A stretch of DNA of 64,000 nucleotides, taken from Eledone cirrhosa. Its lineage: Eukaryota. Shown piece after piece: positions 1 through 13,364 of the stretch; position 1 is the stretch's first letter, and every line of letters starts with the position of its first letter. The stretch lies in contig OZ024756.1 in NCBI GenBank assembly GCA_964016885.1, forward strand, positions 23,560,001-23,624,000. Reading direction: 5' to 3'. The translations under genes were made by a program, and so were the position numbers. The notes beneath the pieces were generated by a model. That model was not told the DNA's origin and searched no databases. It was given only the letters and a program-made list of their open reading frames with translations.

Positions 1-519
1 CTACTGGTAGTGGCAGTGGAGAACAATGCGTGTGTGAGTGTGTGTGTAAGAGAGAGAGAGAGAGGGGTAGGCAGATAAAGAGATGCGTGTGTCGGAGCCC
101 CACCCAGAGTGACTCGACCAATCAAATCGTTCGTCTGCCCGTCAGCTAAGTTCCATGTCAGTCGTAAGAGAAGAAAATGCTAAATTGAATGTGGTGTATG
201 TATGTATGTATGTATGTATGTATGTATGTATGTATGTATGTATGTGTATGTATGTATGTGTATGCATGTGTATGTGTGTGTATGTGTATGTATGTATATG
301 TATGTATATATGTGTGAATGTATGTATGTGTGTACGTGTGTATGTGTTTCTATATGTGTGTGTATGTATGTGTGTGTGAATGTGTATGTGTGCGAATGTC
401 TGTGTGCGAATGTGTATATGTGTGAATGTATGTGTATGTATGTGTGTATGTATGTATGTGAGTAGTGTATGTATGTATGTGGTGTTAGTTATCAAAGAGA
501 TTAATGTTTGTTGCTGTTG

Positions 520-745
520 TTATTTAGCCACAGGCCAGGCTCGGTTGAATAGATATGTGATCAAAGGCAGACATTCCAACCGTGTCCAACACGCCTTTCC
601 TATTCCTATTTGTGAAAATCCCAAGTCTATATCTATCTAATGTATCGGATTTTTTATATTTTTATTGGCGACGTTAAGTGGTGCGAATTGAGGAAGATTT
701 GGCTGCTATTTCTAGTCAGTCGTTCGAATGACAATATATAGGAAC
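520..745 (+). mobile_element. Dispersed repeat family (tttagcccc.ggtc...tgatcaaagg...gatttggctgctatttctag); copies at ~1295-1500, 24880-25220, 34845-35015
   Basis: Shared head after (GTT)n and a shared gctatttctag motif. Confidence 0.6.
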
Positions 746-1567
746 CCTGTGTCTGGGATTGGTTGAGTATAATGATGGAGCGCTGATGGTGATGGTGGTG
801 TATGACAAGGAAGGTGGTGGTGGTGTTGCTGTTGGTGGTGGTGGTGCCTGGTGGCGATGGTGGTGTATGACAAGGAAGGTGGTGGTGTTGGTGGTGGTGG
901 TGGTGTTGCTGTTGCTGTTGGTGGTGGTGGTGCCTGGTGGCGATGGTGGTGTATGACAAGGAAGGTGGTGGTGTTGGTGGTGGTGGTGGTGGTGGTGATA
1001 GTGGTGTATGACAAGGAAGGCGATGGTTTTGGTGTTGGTGTTGGTGGTGGTATCGGTGTTCTTGATGGTTGTTCTTTGTAGTGGTGGTGGTATCTAGTGG
1101 TATTGATGTTTGGTGGTGGTAGTGTTGGTGGTGGTGGTCATGATTGTGGTGGTGGTGGTACTGTTGCTGGTAGTGGTGGTGGTGGTGTAGTGGTGGTAGT
1201 GGTGGTAGTGGTGGTACTGTTGCTGGTAGTGGTGGTGGTGGTGGTGGTGGTAGTGGTGGTAGATAAAAGTGATGATAGTTGCTGCTGTTGTTGTTGTTTA
1301 GCCCGAGGTCATGCCTGAACAAGTAGGCCCATGATGTAAAATTCTGGCCAAGAATGATCTATCGTATAAAGTACTAAATACAGCACCATATATGATCCTC
1401 CACCTCGACCACTTGTGCAGGGAACTATGTTGTTCTATGTGATATTTAAGAGATTTAGCTATCATTTCTAGCAAGACAAATGACGGCGAAGACGCTTTCA
1501 CTGTGCCTCAGGTGTAGTAGGTATATCTTAGTGTATAGATATATATGTATATGAATATATTTATATA

Positions 1568-1672
1568 CAGGGTGAACTAAAAATGTATACACACTTCAAC
1601 AGCATTCTAATAAATATTGCCTGCACAGGTAATCAAAGTCTGTATACATTTTTTTTGGGGGGGGACACCCTG
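1568..1672. mobile_element. Tc1/mariner-type MITE
   Basis: Imperfect TIRs CAGGGTG..aaaaatgtatac / gtatacattttt..CACCCTG; TA on the left, CA on the right. Confidence 0.65.
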
Positions 1673-1680
1673 CATGTATG

Positions 1681-1729
<49 letters not shown>

Positions 1730-1819
1730 ATATATATATATATAGATATATACAACAATATACATATACATGTGTGCTCTTTTATAGGTATATATGTATG
1801 CATGTATATTCCCATATTC

Positions 1820-1884
<65 letters not shown>

Positions 1885-1929
1885 AGTACATCAGCACAAC
1901 AATATATATGCATATATGTGTATATATAC

Positions 1930-2038
<109 letters not shown>

Positions 2039-2525
2039 TGTGTGTGAATATCCGCACATACACACACATCCATCCACCACAACACAAGACCACCACAACC
2101 ACCACAAGCACCAGCCCCACCTCCACCCACCCACACACACACACACACACACAGGATAAGTGCGAGGAAGCAAACATCGAATGAAATACTTAAAGTAGAA
2201 GAATTAAGAAAGCAAGCCAGCCTGTAATGTATGCTTTGCATAGATTCCTGTCTATTACCTTTCGCTCATGTAGTATAAGCAAGCTATTTCTCTCCACAGA
2301 GAGATCAATAATTTAAATTAATTGATTCGATGTCAAATAGAGCAATAGATAGCGTTTAAATAGACGTATGTACGTAAATGTTGCTAACGTGTGTTTACGT
2401 ATATACATACATGCAACCATACACACACTTATATATATGTATATATATATATATATAAATGGAATAGAATGAAACGAAATTTCATTTCTCACTCTTAGTA
2501 CGGCACTTATATATACATACATACT

Positions 2526-2562
<37 letters not shown>

Positions 2563-2753
2563 AGGAGGTGAGTTTTATTGTAGCACAATAAAGCAATGCA
2601 GATATCGGATAAGAAGCACTCTACAGTTTGTAGGACTGGAGTATAAAAATAATATAAGATCAAAAGATGGTTAAAAGAGTTCCATGTATTTACATAATAA
2701 AATGCGCATAATAAAATACATGGAACTCTTTTAACCATCTTTTGATCTTATAT

Positions 2754-2958
<205 letters not shown>

Positions 2959-2975
2959 ATATATATATATATGTA

Positions 2976-3071
<96 letters not shown>

Positions 3072-3084
3072 TATATCTATATAT

Positions 3085-3217
<133 letters not shown>

Positions 3218-3405
3218 TATGTATTAAGGGTACTATTTATGGTTATGTATGCAATAAAACCTTTGATGGTAATATATTATATATACACAAACCCTAAATA
3301 GTGAGAGATAGTCTTTAATTACTATCCTCGGTTTGGAGGAAACAATTGTAAGCAAATAAATGACTTAAACTGAACTTTGATTACTGTAACCTCTATATAT
3401 ATATG

Positions 3406-3455
<50 letters not shown>

Positions 3456-3651
3456 TGTCTATATATATATGTATATATATATATATATGTCTATATATAT
3501 GTATATATATATATATAATAAAGTATATATCCCTACACGCAAAATACATATAGGGACACATGTATTATCCAACCATATGCCAATGTGGTTCTATGGCAGG
3601 TTAATAAATTAACGAGCCAGAACATATATATATGTACCTATACATCCCCCA

Positions 3652-3703
<52 letters not shown>

Positions 3704-3706
<3 letters not shown>

Positions 3707-3994
3707 CAAGGTTTAGCAAATAAGAAAAAGTTTTAAAATAAATTTTAAAAAATTCACTCTATCTGCTATGGTTACCTTTACCGAACGGTTTCGAGTCTCA
3801 AAAATAAATGGATAGTCCTTGCGGACCTCCATTGAAAAGAACCTTCTGACGAGAGTTTTTCTTTTCAATGGAGGCCCGCAAGGACTATCCATTTATTTTT
3901 GAGACTCGAAACCGATTCGGTAAAAGTAACCATAGCAGATAGAGTGAATTTTTTTAAATTTATTTTAAAACTTTTTCTTATTTGCTAAACCTTG

Positions 3995-3997
<3 letters not shown>
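3704..3997. mobile_element. Foldback (palindromic) hammerhead-bearing element in (TA)n, Penelope-pLTR-like
   Basis: ~138 bp near-perfect inverted arms (3704-3841 / 3859-3997) around a 17 nt loop that contains CTGACGA; (TA)n on both sides. Confidence 0.8.
3841..3927 (+). ncRNA. Type I hammerhead ribozyme (family C, long helix II)
   Basis: acctt-CTGACGA(3846-3852)-gagtttt...gagactc-GAAA(3908-3911)-ccg att cgg-TA(3921-3922)-aaagt. The inverted left arm keeps the perfectly pairing aaggt. Helix II extends as aatgga/tccatt and g(t/c)cc-GCAA-ggac. Cleavage triplet GUA. Confidence 0.85.
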
Positions 3998-4032
<35 letters not shown>

Positions 4033-4033
<1 letters not shown>

Positions 4034-4212
4034 CGAAGGAAATGTGGTAAGGAACCAGGTGGTCCATAACGCACCAAAGTACTCAATACTTAGGGTAGTA
4101 GAGTGGGTAATAGGAACAAGTAAGACCCCGACGGCTGAGCTCAAGCCGTCGAGACGGCTAATTCATTAGCCGTCGAGACGGCTTGAGCTCAGCCGTCGCG
4201 GTCTTACTTGTT

Positions 4213-4216
<4 letters not shown>
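4033..4216 (-). mobile_element. Family B (GTATTGAGTAC) element with terminal nested palindrome
   Basis: 4034-4110 is nearly identical to 5756-5832; 4111-4216 is a ~50 bp-arm hairpin; flanked by (TA)n. Confidence 0.7.
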
Positions 4217-4267
<51 letters not shown>

Positions 4268-4807
4268 TGGGGGATGTATAGGTACATATATATATATATA
4301 TTTATACAAATACATATGTATATAAATATATATATATACATATGAATACATATATATATACATATGAGTATATATATATATATATACATATGAATACATA
4401 TATATATATATGTGTATATACATATGAATACATATTTATATATATACATATGTATACATATATATATATGTACTTATATATGTATATATATATACATATG
4501 TATACATAGATATATATACATATGTATACATATATATATATATACATATGTATATATATATATGTATATATATACATACATATGTATACATATGTATATA
4601 TATATAAATATATATATACATACATATGTATACATATGTATATATATATATACATATACATATGTATATATATATATATACATACAAACAAATACATATA
4701 TATATATGTAAACAAATACATATATATACATATGTATTCAAATATATATATACATACATATGTATAAAAATTCACACACATATGTATATATACATACATA
4801 TGGATAG

Positions 4808-4869
<62 letters not shown>

Positions 4870-5171
4870 CTATTACTGTATGGAGGGATAAATGCATGTA
4901 TGTATACATATGTACAAAAGACGATATTATGTATATTGATAAGATCGAATACTGTATATCGCCGTTATTTAACCCTAGGTCATCCATGAAGCAGTTAGTT
5001 TATAACCAAGGCAATCCATTTCTGACCATCCATTGTTGAAACTGGTCTATATTATTCAATGCAACATTTTTCAGATATATATACTTAATATATATATATT
5101 GCAGAATCATATACACAGACATATATATATATCGATAGAAACACACAAACACACACACACATATATGTGTG

Positions 5172-5202
<31 letters not shown>

Positions 5203-5473
5203 ATATATATATGCGTGTGTGTACAGATGTGTATATATATGTATATATATGTATATATATATATGTGTATACATTTATATATATGTGTGTGTGTGTACAT
5301 ATGTGTATATATATGTATATATATATGTGTATATATATATGTGTATATATATATATATATATATTTATATACACATATATATTTATATGTATATATATGC
5401 ATGTGTGTGTCTATACATTATTGTATAAAATACATGCAAAACGGGTGTATATATATAAATATTTATATCAATG

Positions 5474-5504
<31 letters not shown>

Positions 5505-5525
5505 CAAATATATATATATTTATAT

Positions 5526-5700
5526 CAATGATATTAATAAATAGAAACTATATTTATGAAACCATATTTATTCTATTATATATATTTCAAGGGTACCAAA
5601 ACTTTGGTACGGTCTCATCAGATAAAATACAAACATTGTTTTATAAATAGTGACATACCCAGGAAACAGACTTTAACGGTTCACGTTCCGTTTGGATGTA
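5526..5700 (-). mobile_element. Family A hammerhead element, single-arm copy in (TA)n
   Basis: Aligns by eye with 25528-25700 and 30995-31140 (gatattaataaat.gaaactatatttat.aaaccatatttat...tcatcagataaaata...gacatac). Confidence 0.8.
5569..5629 (-). ncRNA. Type I minimal hammerhead ribozyme (family A)
   Basis: Minus strand: tattttat-CTGATGA-gaccgtaccaaa gt tttggtaccctt-GAAA-tatata-TA-atagaata. Stem I 8 bp with one G-U; palindromic minimal helix III. Confidence 0.82.
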
Positions 5701-5722
5701 TATATATATATATATATTTATC

Positions 5723-5751
<29 letters not shown>

Positions 5752-5754
<3 letters not shown>

Positions 5755-5914
5755 CCGAAGGAAATGTAGTAAGGAAACAGGTGGACCATAACGCACCAAA
5801 GTACTCAATACTTAGGGTAGTAGAGTGGGTAATATATGCCATGGTCAGGTACATTAAGGACAAAAGTGTATAAATTGTGTAACTAGTGGCAAATAGATAT
5901 TTACTGAAATTTAA

Positions 5915-5918
<4 letters not shown>
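5752..5918 (-). mobile_element. Family B element fragment in (TA)n
   Basis: GTACTCAATAC at 5801-5811; paralogue of 4033-4110. Confidence 0.65.
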
Positions 5919-5976
<58 letters not shown>

Positions 5977-5978
<2 letters not shown>

Positions 5979-6084
5979 GTTATTCCGGGTTGAATCGTAG
6001 GTAACCACATTAAGTAAGGTACTCAATACATTGCAGAGTATAAAAGTTTTAATATAGATGAGATTCTACAGGACTAGAATCTCA

Positions 6085-6088
<4 letters not shown>
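5977..6088 (-). mobile_element. Family B element fragment with terminal foldback
   Basis: GTACTCAATAC at 6019-6029. The reverse complement aligns with 58236-58335. Ends in atagatgagattcta-caggac-tagaatctcatctat. Confidence 0.7.
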
Positions 6089-6089
<1 letters not shown>

Positions 6090-6128
<39 letters not shown>

Positions 6129-6553
6129 GTGTGTGTGTCTGTGTATGTATATGTATCTATATGTGTGTGTGTATCTATATGTGTGTGTGTATATATATGT
6201 ATATATATATATATGTACATTTGTATATGTATATATGTATATTTATATATAGAGAGATATATATATATATGTATATATGTATATTTATATATATATATGT
6301 ATATAGGTATATAGGCATATATAGGTATATATAGGTATATAGGTATATTTATATATATATATATGTATATATATGCATATATATATATATGTATGTGTAT
6401 ATATAAATGTATTTATATGTATATATATGTATGTGTATATATAAATCTATATATATATATATAAACATATATATATACATATATATATATATGTATATAT
6501 GTATGTATATATATATATGTATATACATATATACATATATATATACTTACATG

Positions 6554-6628
<75 letters not shown>

Positions 6629-6715
6629 GTAAGTATATATATATGTTTATATATATATATGTGTGTATATGTAAGTATATATATATGTTTATATATATAT
6701 ATGTGTATATGTAAG

Positions 6716-6770
<55 letters not shown>

Positions 6771-7204
6771 GTATCTATATATATGTATATATGTATATTT
6801 ATATATATGAATATGTATATATATGTATATGTATCTATATATATGTGTATATATGTGTGCATGTATATATATGTATATATATGTATATATATATGTATAT
6901 ATATATATCTATATATGTATATATGTATATATGTATATAGATGTATATATATGTATATATATATGTATATTTGTATGTATATATATATGTATATATATGT
7001 ATATATATGTATATGTATAGATACGTATGTAAATATATGTATACATATATACATAAGTATATGTGAATATATATGCATGTAAATATATGTATACATATAT
7101 ATATAAGTATATGTGTATATATATATATGTGTGTGTGTATATATATGTATATACATGTATATATATATATGTATATATATATATGTATATATATATATGT
7201 ATAC

Positions 7205-7258
<54 letters not shown>

Positions 7259-7297
7259 GTGTATATATATGTGTATATATGTGTATATATATGTATA

Positions 7298-7374
<77 letters not shown>

Positions 7375-8190
7375 GTGTGTATATATGTATATATATGTAG
7401 ATATATGTATATATATATGTATATATATGTATATATAAATGTATACATATATATGTGTATATATATATATGTGTGTGTATATATGTATATATATGTATAT
7501 ATATATGTGTGTATATATGTATATATATGTGTGTATATATGTATATATGTATATATATGTGTATATATACATATATATATGTGTATATATATATATGTAT
7601 ATATATATGTATGTGGGTGAATATATGTATAAATATATGTATATATTTGTGTATATATATCTATGTGTATATATTTGTGTATATATATCTATGTATATAT
7701 ATATACGTGTATATATATGTATATATTTGTGCATATATATGTATATATATATAGGTATATATTTGTGTTTATATATGTATATATATGTATTGATATGCGT
7801 ATATATCTATCTATATATGTATATATATATATGTAGGCATATATATATATGTATTTATATGCGTATATATATATATATATATGTGTGTGTGTATATATGT
7901 ATATATATATATATGCATGTAAATGTATATATATATATGTATATGGGTATATATATGCATGTATATGTTTATATATATGCTTGTATATGTTTATATATAT
8001 TCATGTATATGTTTATATATGTTTATATATATATGTATATATATATGTATATGTTTGTATATATATATATATATATATGTATGTATATATATGTGTGTGT
8101 ATGTATATATATATGTGTATGTATATATATGTGTGTATATGTATATATGATAATTATATATAGTATATTATATATAGATTTGTGTATGTG
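6090..8190. repeat. Large degenerate (TA/TG)n field
   Basis: Directly visible; similar fields occur throughout the window. Confidence 0.95.
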
Positions 8191-8548
8191 TAAATACGTG
8201 GGAATTAGAATGTGGTGACCATTTTTATCCGTTATTGGTTTTCTTATGCCACATTATTGATTATTTTCTCTATCAATATAAGCTGAAAGCCTCTAATTCT
8301 ATTTTCAGAAGCAAAGAAAAAAAATATATATATATCGATATGCACACACACATTTATACATACATATGAAGGGACATAAAATATAAACTCAATCACTGAG
8401 GAGGTCACAGAATGTGTGACGAATGTGCTTTGACAATGTTTAAAGAACGATCCGGTTATAGAACCAACAAACCAACCAACCGTGAATTTATAATACTAAC
8501 ATGTACGTGTGTTTTTACTAGAAGCATGACCCTCCCAAAGTATAACAA

Positions 8549-8638
<90 letters not shown>

Positions 8639-8814
8639 AATATATACATATGTATATACATATAAAATATTTTTAGAGAATACAGAACCAAATTCTTGAA
8701 TACATTTATTGGTTTACAATAATTTTCTATATTAAAGCACGGATGTGTATGTATATATGTATGTATATGTATGTATATATATATGTATGTATATATGTAT
8801 GTATATGTATCTAT

Positions 8815-9085
8815 CTAGGGCGGGTAAAATTCCCGAGATCCATGGACGAGTTCTCTCCAGCGGTCTCTGTCCCTCATTATCGCTGCCATGTCCTGCGTCT
8901 CCAACAGACCAGTGTCTGTCCTTAGGGTATCAACATACGTTAACCTTGGTCTTCCTCTTCCAGTGTGTCCATGTAGGGGCTTCCCACAGGAGCACTGAGT
9001 GCAATGTCAACTCTGGATGTCGGTGAGCATGTCCAGCTAACCACAGTCTCCTCTGTGTCACTTTTGAGCTGACTTTTGGGAGTAA
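8815..9085 (-). mobile_element. RTE-clade LINE 3' fragment
   Basis: Minus-strand translation with a frameshift: RRLWLAGHAHRHPE...LLWE...GRPRLTYVDTLRTDTGL...[11 protein letters not shown], the RTE C-terminal signature. Confidence 0.75.
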
Positions 9086-9295
9086 TGTATATGTATGTAT
9101 ATGTATGTATATCTATATATATGTATGTATATATGTATATGTATGTATATATATGTATATGTATGTATATATTGTCAATACGCAAGTGTATTGTTGAATG
9201 AATTCGTTGAAATCATTTAGTGAAATCTAATCAGTTTGAATACTGATTATCAATGAAAGATGTGTTTAATACGTGTATATATATACATGTATGTA

Positions 9296-9358
<63 letters not shown>

Positions 9359-9363
9359 CTGTA

Positions 9364-9418
<55 letters not shown>

Positions 9419-9908
9419 CAGTACATACACACATGCAGCAGTACACACATATACAAATACATACATACATACACACACTCACACTCCTACATAAGCAGCA
9501 GATACACACGTATACACATATACATATTCCTACACATTCATACACACACACATGCAGGCACACGCATTCGCATACATATACACAACCACACACATACACA
9601 CAACAATGACAACAACACTCCTACAACAGCAACACTTAAAATCAATCACAACTTCTTACTCAACAACAACACTAACTACAACACTAACTACAACACTAAC
9701 TACAGCACTAACTACAACCACCATTACCACAGCCGCCATTGATAATCGAGTATGACGTGGTAGTATGTAGCATGCTTTCACTAAGAGTTTTATGTAGCCA
9801 TGATGTCGCAAGTAGACACAGACACTCACTCGACCGTCCCTTCCTTGATCTTGTGGGATACCCAAGATGTGACAATTGGAGGGATGGAAGGTGTGTATGT
9901 GTGTGTGT

Positions 9909-9987
<79 letters not shown>

Positions 9988-9991
<4 letters not shown>

Positions 9992-10115
9992 CATACTATA
10001 ACAGGGCTGGTACTTTCTGCCCCTGATAGAATCAAATGTAAAGTCGACCACGGAGGAATTTGAACTCAGAATGTAAAAACCTAGAACAAATACCGAACGC
10101 TCTAACGACTTAATC
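9988..10115 (-). mobile_element. Older diverged copy of the same SINE superfamily (others at ~13580-13720, 14355-14490, 20545-20700, 20845-20920, 36135-36290, 62060-62175)
   Basis: aaagtcgacc.cgg.ggaatttgaactcagaa core. Confidence 0.65.
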
Positions 10116-10740
10116 AAATTAATAACACAACCAATGACACGACTAACAACAACAACACCAACAACAATACAACCAATAATAACAACACCAACAACAATAC
10201 AACCAAAATCAACAACACCAACAACAATACAACCAACAACAACAACAACACCAACAACAATACAACCACCAACAACAACAACACCAACGATACAACCAAC
10301 AACAATGCAACCAACAAAATGACCAACAACAACCACAACCCAACAACTAGCAACACCATCAACAACAGCAATCCACAACAACAATACCATCAAGACTACC
10401 AACAACAACAGCAAAAACAACAACCAACAACAACAACAACACCAACAGCACAACCTACAACAGCACAACCAACAATATCGCCAACACAAACAACAAACCA
10501 CAACAACACCACCAACACCACACTCAATAATATCTCCACAAACACCCACAACACAAACAACATTAATACCAATCAAACCCAACACCAGCAACATCAACAA
10601 CATCATTACAAGTACAGTTTTCTCAAGAGTCATAAAAACAACGTTGTATGTGTTGTTCCCAAAGCTAACGAAAAAATGAGTCTTTCTGACATAATGTAAG
10701 AAATTGTAAATACATATGTGTGTATATACATACATATGTG

Positions 10741-10835
<95 letters not shown>

Positions 10836-10896
10836 GTCTCCCATCAGAATATATGACTCAGTCTTATAAATACACACACATATATATATAAGTACA

Positions 10897-11062
10897 TATG
10901 GGAGACTTTAATTGCACATGTTGGTATTGACGACATGATATGAAAAGGGGGGGATTGGAAGGAATAGCCCGATCTAAATACGAATTGAGAGGCCTTATTA
11001 GACTTCTGTTCTGGCAATGGACTCTCTATCATGAACACCTTCTTCCAGCACAGATACATCCA
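10897..11062 (+). mobile_element. RTE-type apurinic endonuclease fragment (degenerate)
   Basis: Translates with frameshift and stops as GDFN.HVG.DD...GIGR...[19 protein letters not shown], the conserved APE motifs of RTE LINEs. Confidence 0.75.
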
Positions 11063-11066
11063 TATA

Positions 11067-11172
<106 letters not shown>

Positions 11173-11269
11173 TTAGTAGCCAAAACTTAAGACCACTTCA
11201 TAAAGCATTGCACTATCCACATTTTCTTTTGAAAAATACTTCCAATAATTTAAGTCTTTTGCATTGTAT

Positions 11270-11510
11270 CCATTATCTAAATATTGGTGTTGGTCGTGCA
11301 AAAGCCAATCTGGCAAAATGGGGACATTTAAAAGATGGGGACGTTGTGTGTGACTTGAACCACAGACTACGCAGCACCTCTTGATATGCCCCCTACTGGA
11401 ACACCCCTGTACAGCATTGGACTTGGTAGAGTTTAATGAGAAAGGACAGCAATGTGTTCAGCTGTGGCGGAACCACATCTAGCTGACACTTTTGTGGACA
11501 CGATAAGAAG
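11270..11510 (+). mobile_element. I/Ingi-group-like LINE C-terminal fragment
   Basis: [19 protein letters not shown], then after a frameshift [21 protein letters not shown]; CCHC tail. Confidence 0.55.
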
Positions 11511-11622
11511 AAGGGTCTAAATATTAACAAGGTTTTGTTACATTTCAGGATGTGCCTTTTTTTCTTTTTTTTTTTTTTTCCTAAAGGATTGGTTATGACT
11601 TTCTGTGGTACAAACAGACCCA

Positions 11623-11809
11623 AATAATTGTTTCTACTTTTGGCACAAGGCCAGCAATTATCTCAGTGTATTACTGGTACTTTATTTTATCGACCCCGTA
11701 AGGATGAAAGGCAAAGTTAACCTCGGCGGGATTTGAACTCAGACCATAAAGGGTATAACTCTTTGCTGCAAAGCAAGGCGTCAGACCCTCTACCGATACT
11801 GCCAATCCA
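11623..11809 (-). mobile_element. Young SINE-like copy
   Basis: Same consensus as 13181-13364. Confidence 0.85.
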
Positions 11810-12094
11810 TAACTCGTTATGATACGTGTCATTCAGAACGTGGGGTTTCTGTTAAAATGAATAGTAGCAAGACATTCTAACAAACAGAAGAAGTAGTCAC
11901 CTGTCTGCCCACAAAACTACCCCTGGAGATAATTCTATCCCCAAAAACATTGCCTTACGTTCTCCTACAAATTCATACCAAAGTTAAATTGTGCTGCTCT
12001 GCTTGTAACGGAGTCGTAGGTCGTTGGCCCCTAAACTACTAACGTGGGCCTCCGAGGGGCCCACTTGCCATCAGGTAAGTGACTAGTCCGCCAC

Positions 12095-12129
<35 letters not shown>

Positions 12130-12143
12130 ACGTGTGTACGTGT

Positions 12144-12217
<74 letters not shown>

Positions 12218-12250
12218 CTGCGTGTGTGTGTGTCTGTATGTGTGTGTCTG

Positions 12251-12289
<39 letters not shown>

Positions 12290-12524
12290 CTGCCTGCGTG
12301 TGTGTGTGTGTCTGTATGTGTGTTTGTCTGTCTGATTATATATATGTGTCTCTCTGATTGTCTGTCTCTATGTGTGTGTATATATTGTACACGTGTCATG
12401 TATGTGTCCAGCTTTAGATTTAATTAGCCATGCATCTCTTTATTTTATTTTATTTTAATACAAATGTAGATATTTCTCGTCTGAAAAACAAGAAAAAAAA
12501 AGATAAAACCCTTTTGTACAAAAT

Positions 12525-12574
12525 AACGCTGCGTCTTATACTCCGGTGCGACTTATAACCGGAAACATGCGGTA
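12525..12574. mobile_element. pogo/Tc2-like DNA transposon end
   Basis: Subterminal repeats tgcgtcttata / tgcgacttata ending ccggaaacatgcgg-TA. Confidence 0.45.
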
Positions 12575-13180
12575 ATGGAACAATTAAAACAACAACAACT
12601 ACACAAACAAACGAGAACAGTTATTTCGCATTCTATTGTTATCTGTTCAGCCTTGTGTAAAAAAACAAACATATTCTGTGTAAGTTTGAAACACAAGAGG
12701 CCACGCCCATTTTGGTTTCTGTTGTTTTGTTTTTGTTGTTTTTTCTCCTTACAAATCACACCCATTCAATTCTCTCTCACTCCCATCCTTCTCTCATCTC
12801 TCTTGCTTTGTCTTTCTCTCTTTTTTTTTCTCTCTCTCTCTCTCTCTCCCCTGCTCTATCTCTCTCTCTCTTTTTCTCTTTCTCATTCCTGCTCTATCTC
12901 TTTCTCTCACACCTGCTCTATCTTCTCCCTACCTATCTATCTATCTTCTCTCTCTTTCTCTCTCTCTCTCCCTCGATCTCTCTTTCTCTCTATCTATCTA
13001 TCTATCTTCCTCTCTCTCTCTCTATCTATCTTCCTCTCTTCCACTCTCTCTCACCCTCTCTCTCTCTCTTTCTTTCTCGCTCACTCTCACTTTCCCTCTC
13101 TCTCTCTATCTCTCTCTCTCTCGCTTTCTCTCTCAAACTCACTCTCTCTCTCTCTCTCTTTCTACGTATAAAGAAATAAT

Positions 13181-13364
13181 TGTTTCTACTTTAGGCACAA
13201 GGCCAGCAATTACCCAGTGCATTACTGGTACTTTATTTTATCGACCCCGTAAGGATGAAAGGCAAAGTCAACCTCGGCGGGATTTGAACTCAGATCATAA
13301 AGGGACGTAACTATGCTGGAAAGTATGGCGTCCGACCCTCTACCGATACTGCCAATCCACCGCC
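13181..13364 (-). mobile_element. Young ~185 bp SINE-like element with 19 bp target-site duplication
   Basis: Consensus ggattggcagtatcggtagag...gagttcaaatcccgccgagg...cgataaaataaagtaccag...agtagaaaca (B-box-like GTTCAAATCC). TSD ctacgtataaagaaataat at 13162-13180 and 13365-13383. Confidence 0.85.

Noticed and set aside
3320-3360. GAAA-caattg-TA palindromic helix III-like motif in a TA-flanked island
   Set aside because: No upstream CUGANGA or stem I partner; at most a decayed half-ribozyme.
8391-8435. CTGAGGA-g-gtcaca/tgtgac-GAAT hammerhead-like string
   Set aside because: GAAT instead of GAAA, an extra base before helix II, and no credible helices I or III.
12020-12096. CAG|GTAAGT donor suggesting an exon
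   Set aside because: No good upstream acceptor or recognisable peptide. The segment ends in tccgccactg, more like a DNA-transposon terminus.
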